DNA of 64,000 nt, taken from assembly GCA_048538235.1 (NCBI GenBank), contig JBLYPX010000001.1, positions 392,013-456,012 of the forward strand, given 5' to 3'. Within the stretch, counting starts at the first letter, position 1, and every line of letters starts with the position of its first letter. The position numbers and the translations under genes were made by a program. The DNA comes from Candidatus Komeilibacteria bacterium. Its GTDB lineage: Bacteria > Patescibacteriota > Patescibacteriia > UBA1558. The notes under the pieces are model-generated. The model did no database searches. It had not been told where the DNA came from and saw nothing but the letters and a program-made list of their open reading frames with translations. Shown here piece by piece: positions 38,144 through 48,374 of the stretch.

Positions 38144-39829
38144 TTATTTCTTTATTGAAGCATTAAACCACCACAAACTCTTCTTACTTAAACTCTTAGA
38201 TAATAGTCTTAAGAATGTTCTAGTTATAATAATAGCTGAGAACATTGAAACAATAATACCAATACCTAGTGTTAAAGCAAAACCTTTAATAATACCGCTA
38301 CCAAACCAAATTAGAATAAAACAAGTAATTAAACTAGAGATGTTTGAATCTCTAATAGATGCCCAAGCTCTAGTAAAACCATCTTCAATAGCAGATGCTA
38401 GTGGTTTTTCATTTCTTAGTTCTTCTCTCATTCTTTCAAAGATAAGAACATTAGCATCAACTGCCATTCCAATGGATAATATAAATCCAGCAATACCAGC
38501 TAGTGTTAATGTTATTGGCCAAATTATAAAGATAGCTAGTGCTATAGCTGTATATATAGCTAAAGCAATAACTGACAAGAAACCAGGTAATCTGTAGAAA
38601 ATAAGCATAAACAGAGCAACCAGAGCAAGTCCAATTAAACCAGCTACTAAACTCTTACTTAAAGATATTTGTCCAAGTGTTGGTCCCACTGTTTGTTCAC
38701 TAATTAAACTAATAGATATAGGTAATGCACCAGCATTTAAACGCTGTGCCAGTAACTTAGCTTGTTCTAAATCAAAACTACCAGAAATAATAGCTTCACC
38801 TTGAGTAATAGTATTACTGACAGTTGGAATACTAATAGCTGAACCATCTAAGAAGATAGCTACTGGTTTATTAATATTTCTAGCTGTTATATCTGCAAAT
38901 AAATCTTTACCTTCATCATTAAACTTCAAACTTACTGTTGGGGCACCAGTTTGTGGATCAAAAACAACTTCAGATCTTTGTAAATGTTTACCAGTAAGCT
39001 CTGCTGGTAACCATTGATCAACTGGTGTTACATAATCATATATTGACTTTGTAGCTATTAAAATATGACTAGCTCTTATTTCTTGATCTTCACCCTCACC
39101 TCTAACTTCATCTTTCTTAATAATATGGTAACCAAATTGAGTCTTTACTGGTTCTGGAGTTACTTCACCAACATTTAAATCTTCCCAAATTGCTTTTTCA
39201 AATTCAGTTACATAAGAACCTTTCTTAGCAAACCCTAAATCTCCTCCATTATCTTTAGAACCAGGATCTTCTGAGTATTGAGCGGCTAAGGTTGCAAAAT
39301 CTTCACCAGCTTTAATTCTAGCTAAAATATCCCTAGCACTAATCTCTGCTTGCTTATTATATTCATCCATATCAGCCTGTTGTTCTGCTGTAAGTTCTGG
39401 TGTAGCAGAGGCTTCTGGGTTTTGTTCTTTAAATTCTAATAATGGAGTCTCACCTATTTGTTTAATAGCTTCATTAACATCAAATACTCCAGCCAGTTCT
39501 ACAATCAATCTATTGTCTCCACTAACCTGTACAATTGGCTCAGATACTCCAAAAGCATTAACTCTTCTCTCAATTACATCTCTAACACCTTCCATAGCTG
39601 CTGCTGCATCTGAAGAGTTTAAATCGCCAATATTACCTTCATAGATTAAATGAGCACCACCTTGTAAATCTAAACCTAATTTTGGTGCAAATTTATTAAA
39701 CCAAGTATAACCAGGAATATTAGCTGGAAGATTAGGATATATGGTTAAAACAGAAAAAATTGCTAGAATTACTATTCCAGCAAATGTTAACCAAACCTTT
39801 TTTCTTGTTAAGCTTTGTTTAATTGCCAT
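38144..39829 (-). CDS. secD: protein translocase subunit SecD carrying an inserted parvulin-type (PpiC) peptidyl-prolyl isomerase domain in the P1 periplasmic head
   Basis: SecD TM region (RLPGFLSVIALAIY...GMAVDANVLIFERMREE). Insert at aa ~160-262 has FATLAAQYSEDPGSKDNGGDLGF...TQFGYHIIKK and an ASHILIA strand located after GYHII. Confidence 0.85.
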   Translation of the reverse strand: MAIKQSLTRKKVWLTFAGIVILAIFSVLTIYPNLPANIPGYTWFNKFAPKLGLDLQGGAHLIYEGNIGDLNSSDAAAAMEGVRDVIERRVNAFGVSEPIVQVSGDNRLIVELAGVFDVNEAIKQIGETPLLEFKEQNPEASATPELTAEQQADMDEYNKQAEISARDILARIKAGEDFATLAAQYSEDPGSKDNGGDLGFAKKGSYVTEFEKAIWEDLNVGEVTPEPVKTQFGYHIIKKDEVRGEGEDQEIRASHILIATKSIYDYVTPVDQWLPAELTGKHLQRSEVVFDPQTGAPTVSLKFNDEGKDLFADITARNINKPVAIFLDGSAISIPTVSNTITQGEAIISGSFDLEQAKLLAQRLNAGALPISISLISEQTVGPTLGQISLSKSLVAGLIGLALVALFMLIFYRLPGFLSVIALAIYTAIALAIFIIWPITLTLAGIAGFILSIGMAVDANVLIFERMREELRNEKPLASAIEDGFTRAWASIRDSNISSLITCFILIWFGSGIIKGFALTLGIGIIVSMFSAIIITRTFLRLLSKSLSKKSLWWFNASIKK

Positions 39830-39965
39830 ATTTAATACGAAAAGTAAGAACAGTTTATCATGTTAATTACAAACATGCAACAGTAAATAATACACAGGTA
39901 AATACTATATGAATAGCGATATTTTAGTTAAAAAAGCCTAACTTTTAATATGTTATTAATATATC

Positions 39966-39994
39966 TTGACAAATTTCTTTAAATATGCTATAAA
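39966..39994 (+). promoter_or_regulatory. sigma70-like promoter (TTGACA-17nt-TATAAA) for the 40049 gene
   Basis: Perfect -35 at 39966-39971, -10 at 39989-39994, then SD AGGAGGG 7 nt before the ATG. Confidence 0.45.
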
Positions 39995-40048
39995 GAGAGT
40001 ATTAATAGTACATAACAATTCTAAAAACAAACCTAGGAGGGTAATAAA

Positions 40049-40450
40049 ATGATGGATTTAATGAATTCAATTGGTAACTGGCTTTTAAACACTGTATGGC
40101 CAATGCTTCGAGACTCAAATGTCGATTCCTGGCAAGCTACTGCTATTATGGCAGTATTTCTGGTATCAATGGCTGCCAGTATCTTCGGAATCTGGTCTCG
40201 AATTACAGATTTCATTTTCAACTCAGGAACTGTCCTGGCTATCATCTTTATGGGAAGTGTTCCGGTTGGTCTCATAATGAGCGATTATACGCACAATACA
40301 ATCGGTGCCATTGCCTTGACAACGTTTCAGACATTCATGTTTCTGTTTTATGCAATTGCTATCATTGTCACTACGAGTTTCACACTCTACGCTCTCTACA
40401 AGGGCGAACAGCACATGAACATGCCTGAAGCCTGGTCAACCAGTGGTTAA
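40049..40450 (+). CDS. small 4-TM membrane protein, GC-elevated, plus strand
   Basis: Consensus promoter, near-perfect SD and terminator. Codon usage (CTG, GGT, CCG) is atypical for this genome. No recognised family. Confidence 0.5.
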   Translation: MMDLMNSIGNWLLNTVWPMLRDSNVDSWQATAIMAVFLVSMAASIFGIWSRITDFIFNSGTVLAIIFMGSVPVGLIMSDYTHNTIGAIALTTFQTFMFLFYAIAIIVTTSFTLYALYKGEQHMNMPEAWSTSG

Positions 40451-40465
40451 TCTCAATTGAGAAAC

Positions 40466-40497
40466 AAAAAACCCCGTCTTAAACGATGGGGTTTTTA
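40466..40497. terminator. bidirectional intrinsic terminator (AAAACCCCGTC-TTAAAC-GATGGGGTTTT + T5)
   Basis: Overlaps the stop codon of the minus-strand GT4 gene (40495-40497). Confidence 0.6.
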
Positions 40498-41619
40498 CTT
40501 TCCTAAATATTCGTAAATGCGTTTAACCTGTTTAGCCATCCCCTGCCAATCAAACCGTATATAATTTTTATAACCTAAATTCTTTAACTTATCTTTTAAA
40601 TCTTCATCTCTAATAATCTTTTGAATAGCTTTGCTAATATCATTTATATTAAATGGATCAAAATATATTGCTGAGTTGCCTAAAACTTCAGGCAGTGATG
40701 AATTATTGGCAGCCAATACTGGTACACCATAACTTTGTGCTTCAATAGCTGGTAAACCAAAACCTTCAATAAATGATGGGAAGATATATGCCAATGAAAA
40801 TTGATAAAGTGATGCTAAATGTTCATCTGGTACAAAGCCTAGAAATAGTACATCTTTATCTAACTTTAATTCCTTAGCCTCTTTAGCTAATCTGTTCATA
40901 AAGAAATCTTTACGTCCAACTATTATTAGCTGATACTGATTCTTTAACTCAGCCTGACTTAATTTCCAAGCTTGTAATAAACGATAAAGGTTCTTATGAG
41001 GATAAGCAGCTCCAATATGTATAATATATGGTTTAGTAATATTATATTCTTTTTCCAAGTCTATTATTTTACTCTTACCATGTTCTACTGAAAAACCTTC
41101 ATAAGTAACTTCAATTTTATCTGCTACTCTTGGATAATATCTTTCAATGTCTTGTTTTGTAAATTGAGATACAGCCAATATTTTATATGAATTAATAATA
41201 GCGTGTCTAACAACTAGTCTATACGCCATTAATTTTAAATTATATACCCAACGTGGCAGAGTTGTTGCTCTGCTATCTGGATAATGTGAGACTATTAAAT
41301 CATGGATGGTAACCATGAATTTTTTTCTATACAAAAGAGGTACATTAAAATGTGGGAAGTGCATTAAATCTAATTTTAATTTCCAAAGTTTAATTGGTAC
41401 AAATATCTGTTCAGCTAAACTATACCAGTGTGATCTAATTAAAACCTTAACAAAGTTTTTATTCTTAGGATGAAATTGATCCCAGTTATCTGGAGATAGC
41501 AAAATATAGTACGTATTAGTACTATCTATTTCTACTAAATTATCTACTAGCTTTTGAACATATCTGCCCAATCCTCTAGATTGAGGTCCATACATTCTAG
41601 CATCAATTCCTATCTTCAT
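40495..41619 (-). CDS. glycosyltransferase family 4
   Basis: EGFGLPAIEAQSYGVPVLAANNSSLPEVLG donor-binding motif. Confidence 0.8.
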   Translation of the reverse strand: MKIGIDARMYGPQSRGLGRYVQKLVDNLVEIDSTNTYYILLSPDNWDQFHPKNKNFVKVLIRSHWYSLAEQIFVPIKLWKLKLDLMHFPHFNVPLLYRKKFMVTIHDLIVSHYPDSRATTLPRWVYNLKLMAYRLVVRHAIINSYKILAVSQFTKQDIERYYPRVADKIEVTYEGFSVEHGKSKIIDLEKEYNITKPYIIHIGAAYPHKNLYRLLQAWKLSQAELKNQYQLIIVGRKDFFMNRLAKEAKELKLDKDVLFLGFVPDEHLASLYQFSLAYIFPSFIEGFGLPAIEAQSYGVPVLAANNSSLPEVLGNSAIYFDPFNINDISKAIQKIIRDEDLKDKLKNLGYKNYIRFDWQGMAKQVKRIYEYLGK

Positions 41620-42734
41620 TTATTTAAACTATTAAATAATTGTATATATTCTAAAGCTGCTTTATTCCAATCATATTTATCCAGATTAACAGCAATAGAA
41701 TTAGTATTATCTAAAGACTGTATAATAGCTTCCTTAATATCTGTAATATTATATGGATCTATTAAAATGGCATTATTACCAACTACTTCTGGTAATGATG
41801 AGCCATAGCTTGTAATTACTTGTTTACCGTGTAATAGAGCTTCTAGTGGTGGATGACCAAAGCCTTCATAAAATGATGGCCAAACCAAGGTTAAACAATT
41901 CTTTAAATAGCATTCTCTAACCTCATTACTAGTATAACCAACATAATGGAATTTGTCTGCATACTTACTACTACTTATAGCTTTATGTACTTCTGAATTA
42001 GACCAACCTTTAGAACCCATTATTACTAAATGTACATCTTTATATTTATCTTCTATATACATATCTTCCATAGCATCAATAATTCCTAAGATATTCTTAC
42101 GAGGCTCTACTGTGCCAATGAATAATATATATTTGTCTGGCATACCTATTTCTTTACAATCCTTTGTATACTCTTCTCTATCTATACCAGAATATATTAC
42201 TTTAATTTTATCTGCTGGCACATTGTATAAATATTCTAAATCCTTAGCTGTACTTTTGGAAACAGCAACTATTTTATCTGCTCTAGCTATATGTTTTTTA
42301 ATACCTACCAACTTATGCCAGATAAGCATTTTATAGCTATACCATTTTTTATTAATAAGCCAAGATAAATCATGAGCTGTTATTATTTTCTTAACATCTT
42401 TGCTTAAGCTAATAAAATTAAAACTTGGTTGCCAAAAAACATCCAAGTTATTTTTCTTATCCCACTTACTAATTCTTAAAAAACGCGCACATAGATTAAA
42501 TAATCTAGAAGGAATATGCGTATGTACTACTGTACCCTGTTTAGTAAATTCTGGATAAGATATTTTTTTAGCAGTATTAAAATAGAAAAAATATTCATTT
42601 TCTTTATCTTGTTCAACAATGGCTTTACATAGCTTATCTGCATAACGACTAATACCGGCCTGTTGTTTTTCTTGCAATGACCTTAAATCTACTCCTATTC
42701 GCATATTTACAAAGTTATGCTGTACAATACCCAA
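41616..42734 (-). CDS. glycosyltransferase family 4
   Basis: EGFGHPPLEALLHGKQVITSYGSSLPEVVG. 4-nt overlap with the next GT4. Confidence 0.8.
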   Translation of the reverse strand: MGIVQHNFVNMRIGVDLRSLQEKQQAGISRYADKLCKAIVEQDKENEYFFYFNTAKKISYPEFTKQGTVVHTHIPSRLFNLCARFLRISKWDKKNNLDVFWQPSFNFISLSKDVKKIITAHDLSWLINKKWYSYKMLIWHKLVGIKKHIARADKIVAVSKSTAKDLEYLYNVPADKIKVIYSGIDREEYTKDCKEIGMPDKYILFIGTVEPRKNILGIIDAMEDMYIEDKYKDVHLVIMGSKGWSNSEVHKAISSSKYADKFHYVGYTSNEVRECYLKNCLTLVWPSFYEGFGHPPLEALLHGKQVITSYGSSLPEVVGNNAILIDPYNITDIKEAIIQSLDNTNSIAVNLDKYDWNKAALEYIQLFNSLNK

Positions 42735-42795
42735 CCAATACCCATGCCAGCAGTAGAAGCGATAAACAGCTCAATAAATAATATTAATGTTTTCA

Positions 42796-43935
42796 TTATA
42801 ATAATTTCTGGTTATTAAAATTTTGCCAAGCTTGATCTACATATTCTTTCATCTCATTCTGAAATCTTTTAACAGAGAATTTCATAGCATGTTCACGTAT
42901 AATATTTGGATCAAATTTTGTGTGATCAAAGTTAAGAACAGTATAGACTAAAGCTTCCCATGATTGTTCTGTAAACAGTACACCTGTTTGTCCATCTACA
43001 ACTGTTTCTTTAGCGCCGCCAGCATTGTACGCAATAACTGGACGTCCAGCAGCCATAGCTTCAACAGCAGAGATGCCAAAATCTTCAACTTGAGGGTGAA
43101 TAAAAGCTTTAGCTTCCTGTACATATTTAATCTTAGTTTGTTCATCTACCTCACCTAAGAATGTAATATTACTCTTGGCCATTTTCTTAAGTCTTTTTAA
43201 TTCATCACCACTTCCAATAACTACCAGTGGTAAACCTAATTCATTAAAAGCTCTAACTGCTAGATCTACTTTCTTGTATGGTCTTAATCTACTAACAATT
43301 ACATAATAGTCTTTAATATTATTAGAGATTGAATAATTATCTACTTCAACCGGAGGGTAAATAACAGCAGAATCACGGTTATAGTATTTCTTAATCTGGT
43401 GAGCAATGTATTTAGAATTAGCAATAAAATGGTCTACACGCTGAGCTGCAAATAGATCCCACAATCTTAATCTATGTAAAATGAGTGGTAATATTTTTTT
43501 AACAATTCTAGGATAACGTAAATTATCTACATAGGTGTGTGTACCATCCCATAAATATCTAGTTGGGGTATGACAATAACAAATATGTAAACCTTTAGCT
43601 GGAGTTATTAAACCCTTAGCTAAATTTGAAGTTGAAGATAAAACAATATCGTAATTAGAAAAGTTAAAACTTTCCCAAGCAAGTGGCATTAAAGATAAAA
43701 AGAATTGCAAATGCTTTTTAGCACCAGGCATTCTTTGTAAAAAAGAAGTCTTTGTTTCTATTCCTTCCCAATTCTTAGATTTACTTAAACCATTAATAAG
43801 CACATAAAGAGGTGCTTTAGGAAAAAGTTCATGCATAGCTAGCACTACTCTTTCAGCACCACCATTCTGGAATAGATAATCATGTGCAAGAGCTACTTTC
43901 ATTATGCACTTCCCTTTCTTAATAGTACTACCCAA
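42796..43935 (-). CDS. glycosyltransferase family 4
   Basis: EDFGISAVEAMAAGRPVIAYNAGGAKETV. Confidence 0.8.
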   Translation of the reverse strand: MGSTIKKGKCIMKVALAHDYLFQNGGAERVVLAMHELFPKAPLYVLINGLSKSKNWEGIETKTSFLQRMPGAKKHLQFFLSLMPLAWESFNFSNYDIVLSSTSNLAKGLITPAKGLHICYCHTPTRYLWDGTHTYVDNLRYPRIVKKILPLILHRLRLWDLFAAQRVDHFIANSKYIAHQIKKYYNRDSAVIYPPVEVDNYSISNNIKDYYVIVSRLRPYKKVDLAVRAFNELGLPLVVIGSGDELKRLKKMAKSNITFLGEVDEQTKIKYVQEAKAFIHPQVEDFGISAVEAMAAGRPVIAYNAGGAKETVVDGQTGVLFTEQSWEALVYTVLNFDHTKFDPNIIREHAMKFSVKRFQNEMKEYVDQAWQNFNNQKLL

Positions 43936-45290
43936 ACTGTTTTAATAAATATTTGAAAATCTAGCCACACAGACCAATTCTCAATATAGTAAGAGTCTAA
44001 TTTAACTTCTTCTTCGAATTGCAGGTCTGATCTGCCAGATACTTGAGCCATACCAGTGATACCAGGTTTAATTGTTAATAGCTTTCTTTGTGAGTTCTCA
44101 TACTTAGCAACTTCTTCTGGTTCGTGAGGTCTTGGTCCAACCATACTCATATCTCCTTTAAGTACATTAAATAATTGAGGTAATTCATCTATACTCCATT
44201 TACGAATAAAACTACCCACAGATGTTACCCTAGGATCATTTTTCATCTTAAATAATGGACCATCCGTTCTTTCATTCTTATCCATAATCTCCTCTTTCAT
44301 ACTATGAGCTTTATCTACCATTGATCTGTATTTATATAGGTTAAAGATCTGTCCTTTAATACCAACTCTTCTTAATTTAACAAAAACAGGTCCATGAGAA
44401 TTAAGTTTAATAGCCAGACCAACAATAATACTGATTGGGATTAAAATAATACAACCAATAAAAGATAAAATAATGTCGTAGAAGCGTTTAATAATTCTAC
44501 CCCAACCATCTAATCTAGTATGACGTATTTCTACCATTGGCACACCATTCATAGTACTAATGGTAAAATTAATCATCTTGGTTTGTAATAATGAGGCTAT
44601 ATATTTAAATCCTAATTGATTCTCCTGACAATAATTAAGTAATGCTTCTTTTTGATCACCTGGCAAATCTACCCCCGCCTGTATAATCTCATCTATGGTT
44701 GTTTTACTACGCAAAGAATCTAAATACTCTGCTTCTTTTTCTGTAAACATTCTTAAATGTTCAACCACTCTAAAACCATAACTAGGATAATGTTTAATAG
44801 CTCCAATTAAATTTAATGTATTATTATCTTCTCCAACCACCACTACTCTTTTAACGCCATAACCATTGTAATAGAATAACTTCTTAACAAAAAATACTAT
44901 TATTCTCTCTAAAGCAATAAATAGAAAAGCAAGTACCCAGAAAGCAAGTACAATAAATCTTGAAGAAAATAGATTAGCATCAAAAAAGAAAGCAACCACA
45001 ATAATTAAGGTTGCTGTAGAAACTGCAAATAATACCTGTCTTAATTCTTCCCACAAAGGTTTTCTTCTAAAAGAATAAAGTCCAGATAAAATAAAAATAG
45101 CAATACATGCTATTAAAATAATATAGACAAGACTTAAATATTTAGACAAAGTCATGTCAAATATAACTGGTCTTATTTGAGTTACAAAGCTTTCAAAACG
45201 TAAGAAATAGCTAGCCACAGCAGCTCCTAATAATACTAAATAGTCTATTGGAACTAGAATGGCATTAAAAACCAAATCGAATTTTTTCAT
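43902..45290 (-). CDS. polyprenyl-phosphate hexose-1-phosphate transferase (WbaP/bacterial sugar transferase family), priming glycosyltransferase
   Basis: N-terminal TM helices plus C-terminal bacterial sugar transferase domain (DELPQLFNVLKGDMSMVGPRPHEPEE...GITGMAQVSGRSDL). Confidence 0.8.
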   Translation of the reverse strand: MKKFDLVFNAILVPIDYLVLLGAAVASYFLRFESFVTQIRPVIFDMTLSKYLSLVYIILIACIAIFILSGLYSFRRKPLWEELRQVLFAVSTATLIIVVAFFFDANLFSSRFIVLAFWVLAFLFIALERIIVFFVKKLFYYNGYGVKRVVVVGEDNNTLNLIGAIKHYPSYGFRVVEHLRMFTEKEAEYLDSLRSKTTIDEIIQAGVDLPGDQKEALLNYCQENQLGFKYIASLLQTKMINFTISTMNGVPMVEIRHTRLDGWGRIIKRFYDIILSFIGCIILIPISIIVGLAIKLNSHGPVFVKLRRVGIKGQIFNLYKYRSMVDKAHSMKEEIMDKNERTDGPLFKMKNDPRVTSVGSFIRKWSIDELPQLFNVLKGDMSMVGPRPHEPEEVAKYENSQRKLLTIKPGITGMAQVSGRSDLQFEEEVKLDSYYIENWSVWLDFQIFIKTVWVVLLRKGSA

Positions 45291-45305
45291 ATTTTATTTA
45301 AACTA

Positions 45306-45706
45306 AAAAGCTTAAGAGAGCCGATAAGCCGAATTCTGTCGAGAGCGATTATCTATCTAGATACTATTATTGCTAATAATATTCATAGCGCCTTACCCGA
45401 TCCACAAAGGGATCCTATTCAGGCTTGCACCGGATAGAAGTTTACCTAGCTGATTATGTCACCATAACCACTGGTGGTCTCTTACTATCAACCCGTAGGC
45501 TAATAAATTCCTATTCGGAATTCCCACCGTTTCACCCATCACCTAAATAAATAGGCTGGTCTATTTTCTGCTGCACTTGTCCTCTAACTATTACTAGTTA
45601 GGGTCGGCGTTACCGACTATCCACCCTTTAAAAAAGGACGAAAATGGTGTTCGGACTTTCCTCTCCCCAAAATGGGAAGCAATCGCTTAGCCCTCTCAAG
45701 CGCTGT
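45306..45706 (-). ncRNA. rnpB: RNase P RNA (rnpB), bacterial type A
   Basis: Reverse complement contains GGAGAGGAAAGUCCGAACACC (P4 5' strand), AGGUAACGCC, GACAAGUGCAGCAGAAA, GGGUGAAACGGUGGGAA, GUAAGAGACCACCAGUGG, GGUAAACUUCUAUCCGGUGCAAG, AAUAGGAUCC and ACAGAAUUCGGCUUAUCGG. P1 pairs 45690-45701 with 45310-45321. Confidence 0.85.
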
Positions 45707-45739
45707 TAATATACTACATTTTACCTGTTTTTGTCAATA

Positions 45740-46825
45740 CTACTCTAAAATATACTGTAATGTTTGTTTAGCACATTTTTCCCAAGAAAACTCTTCTGCT
45801 CTTAATAAACCAAATTTAATTAATTCTTCTTGTTTATCCTTATCCTTGATTAAAGAATCTATAACCCCTGCCATATCTTCTACATTATCTGGATTAAAAA
45901 ACATTGCTGCACTAGATGCTACTTCGTGCAGAACTGGTATATCTGAACAGACAACTGGCACACCAGAACCCATGGCTTCTAAAACAGGGATACCAAAGCC
46001 TTCAAACTTTGACGGGAAAATAAATATCTTAGAGGCAGCTATTAATAACTGGTAATCTTTCTGATCAACATAACCTAAAAATATTATCTTAGGATTATCT
46101 TTAGAAAGAGATTTAATCTCATCATAGCCAAAATTACCAGGTCTACCGGCAAGTACTAAAGGAATATCTGTATTTAAAAGATTGTATGCCTTTACTAAAT
46201 TCTGTATATTCTTCTTTGTTTCTATTCTGCCTATGTATAAAAGAAAATCTTTAGGTAAATCATATTTTTTACAAATCTCTTCTTTCTTATCCTCACCTAT
46301 TGGTTTAAACTCATCTTTATCCCAACCATTGTATATAACCTTTATCTTATCTTTAGCCTTAGGATAATATTTAATAATATCTCTTTTAGTTGCTTCAGAG
46401 ATTGCTAATATTTTATCTGCCTTACTTATTACTAAAGAGTGTGAAAGCTTCTGATAAATTCTTTCCAAAGGATGATAAAGCTCTGGATTTTTAATAAACC
46501 CTAAATCATGAATTGTGCAAGTTACTTCACCTCTGGTTATTAATGGAACAGCATTTGAAAAAAATAGTTTATCTACTGGGTGTAATAGTAGCTCTAAGCT
46601 TAAACAAATATGTGTCCATAGTTTATTAAATGGCCATTTAATTTGTTTAAACAAAAAATTAGCTGGAGCTTCAGCTAAATCTTTAGATAGACCGCTATTA
46701 TGATAAACTACAAAATTATTTGTATTATCTATTTTTTTAAACTGTTGTAATAGATGCCAAGCATACCACTCTGTACCGGTCTTAAACTCTTTATTAGCTC
46801 GAGTTGCCTCTAAACCAATCAACAT
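45740..46825 (-). CDS. glycosyltransferase family 4
   Basis: EGFGIPVLEAMGSGVPVVCSDIPVLHEVAS. Confidence 0.8.
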   Translation of the reverse strand: MLIGLEATRANKEFKTGTEWYAWHLLQQFKKIDNTNNFVVYHNSGLSKDLAEAPANFLFKQIKWPFNKLWTHICLSLELLLHPVDKLFFSNAVPLITRGEVTCTIHDLGFIKNPELYHPLERIYQKLSHSLVISKADKILAISEATKRDIIKYYPKAKDKIKVIYNGWDKDEFKPIGEDKKEEICKKYDLPKDFLLYIGRIETKKNIQNLVKAYNLLNTDIPLVLAGRPGNFGYDEIKSLSKDNPKIIFLGYVDQKDYQLLIAASKIFIFPSKFEGFGIPVLEAMGSGVPVVCSDIPVLHEVASSAAMFFNPDNVEDMAGVIDSLIKDKDKQEELIKFGLLRAEEFSWEKCAKQTLQYILE

Positions 46826-46826
46826 A

Positions 46827-47849
46827 TTATTTGGTTGCTAATATACTTCGCTTATATGATTCTAAGTTATCCAGCGCAATACCTGTTCCTTTAGCCACAC
46901 ATAATAATGAATCATCTGCTACATAGGCAGGTACTCCAGTTGCTTGAGCAAGTAGCTTGTCCATATTTCTTAGCAGTGAAGAACCGCCAGACAAAACCAT
47001 ACCCTTATCCATAACATCTGCAGATAATTCTGGCGGTGTATTGAATAACACCTGTTTAACTGCATTAATAATACCTTGTAAATCTGCTTGCAATGCTTCT
47101 GTTACATCTTCTGAATCTACAGAGATAATTCTAGGAAGTCCTGTAATCATATCCCTTCCTTTAACTTCCATAGATAATCTTTCATCTTTTTCTAAATACA
47201 TAGCAGAACCTATTTCTATCTTAATAGCTTCAGCTGTTCTTTCACCAATAGCCAAGCCATATTTTTTACGAACATATTCTGTAATAGCAGTATCAAACTT
47301 ATTACCACCAATTCTAACTGAATTATTAGCAACAATACCACCTAAAGATATAACCGCTATTTCAGATGTACCACCACCAATATCTACAATCATATGACCA
47401 GATGCTGATCCAATAGGAATATCTGCTCCAATAGCAGCAGCAATTGGTTCTTTAATAATATATGCTGCTTTTGCTCCAGCAGCCATAGTAGCATCAATAA
47501 CAGCTCTTCTTTCAGTTGAGGTAATACCACCTGGAACTGCAATCATGACCTCTGGTCTAAATAATCTAACCCCACCCATAGCTTTATTGATAAAGTACTT
47601 AAGCATAGACTCTGTTGTTTTGTAATCTGCAATAACTCCATTACGTAATGGTCTTTGCGCAATAATACTATCTGGTGTTCTACCAAGCATTTCTTTAGCT
47701 TCATCACCAACTGCTAAGACTTTTTTATCCATAACAGAAATAGCAACGACTGATGGTTCGTTGATAATAATGCCACGCTTGGGGACGTGGACTAAAGTAA
47801 AAGTTGTTCCTAAGTCTATACCTATCTTTTTAACAAACATATTATGCAA
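46827..47849 (-). CDS. MreB/Mbl-family actin-like rod-shape protein (second paralog)
   Basis: [14 protein letters not shown] phosphate-1, [21 protein letters not shown] motifs. Confidence 0.75.
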   Translation of the reverse strand: MHNMFVKKIGIDLGTTFTLVHVPKRGIIINEPSVVAISVMDKKVLAVGDEAKEMLGRTPDSIIAQRPLRNGVIADYKTTESMLKYFINKAMGGVRLFRPEVMIAVPGGITSTERRAVIDATMAAGAKAAYIIKEPIAAAIGADIPIGSASGHMIVDIGGGTSEIAVISLGGIVANNSVRIGGNKFDTAITEYVRKKYGLAIGERTAEAIKIEIGSAMYLEKDERLSMEVKGRDMITGLPRIISVDSEDVTEALQADLQGIINAVKQVLFNTPPELSADVMDKGMVLSGGSSLLRNMDKLLAQATGVPAYVADDSLLCVAKGTGIALDNLESYKRSILATK

Positions 47850-48297
47850 TAGATATTATTTTATACTTAATCCTACCACTTGGTATTTCTACATCCACTT
47901 CATCATCTATTTTCTTACCTAAAAATGAAACACCTAATGGTGATTCACAAGATATTCTTCCTTGTGTAGGGTCTGCTTCTGTTGCACCTACTATTGTATA
48001 TTCTAATTCCCTGTCTATACTTTTAACCTTTATCTTAGAACCAATTCCCACCATAGAATTAGATTGTTTATCTACAACCTTTGCATTCTTAAGAAGAGTC
48101 TCTATTTCTAGAATACGACCCTCATTAAAACCTTGCTGATCACGAGCTTCATGATACTCAGCATTTTCAGATAAATCTCCTAAATCACGGGCTAAAGATA
48201 TTTTCTCAGTAATACCTGCTCTTTTAGCCTTTAATTCTTCAAGTTCAGCCTTTAATTTATCTAAACCTTCTTGTGTTAATAACTTTTGATCTGACAT
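47842..48297 (-). CDS. greA: transcription elongation factor GreA
   Basis: N-terminal coiled coil with [15 protein letters not shown] and C-terminal FKBP-like domain. 151 aa. Confidence 0.85.
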   Translation of the reverse strand: MSDQKLLTQEGLDKLKAELEELKAKRAGITEKISLARDLGDLSENAEYHEARDQQGFNEGRILEIETLLKNAKVVDKQSNSMVGIGSKIKVKSIDRELEYTIVGATEADPTQGRISCESPLGVSFLGKKIDDEVDVEIPSGRIKYKIISIA

Positions 48298-48374
48298 ACT
48301 TGTATTATACTACAACAACTTAAATTTAATAAATATAGCTTGAATATTAGCTATATTTTGGATTACTGTCAACT

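Noticed and set aside
40096-40428. Alternative +2 frame ORF (110 aa) overlapping the 40049-40450 gene
   Set aside because: The 40049 frame has the consensus promoter, the AGGAGGG SD at correct spacing, and a hydropathy pattern of a 4-TM protein. The alternative frame gives a Cys/His/Tyr-rich low-complexity product.
45672-46055. 127-aa plus-strand ORF from the six-frame track
   Set aside because: It lies antisense across the RNase P RNA and the 3' end of a GT4 gene. It has no RBS and shows low-complexity translation. It is explained by rnpB on the opposite strand.
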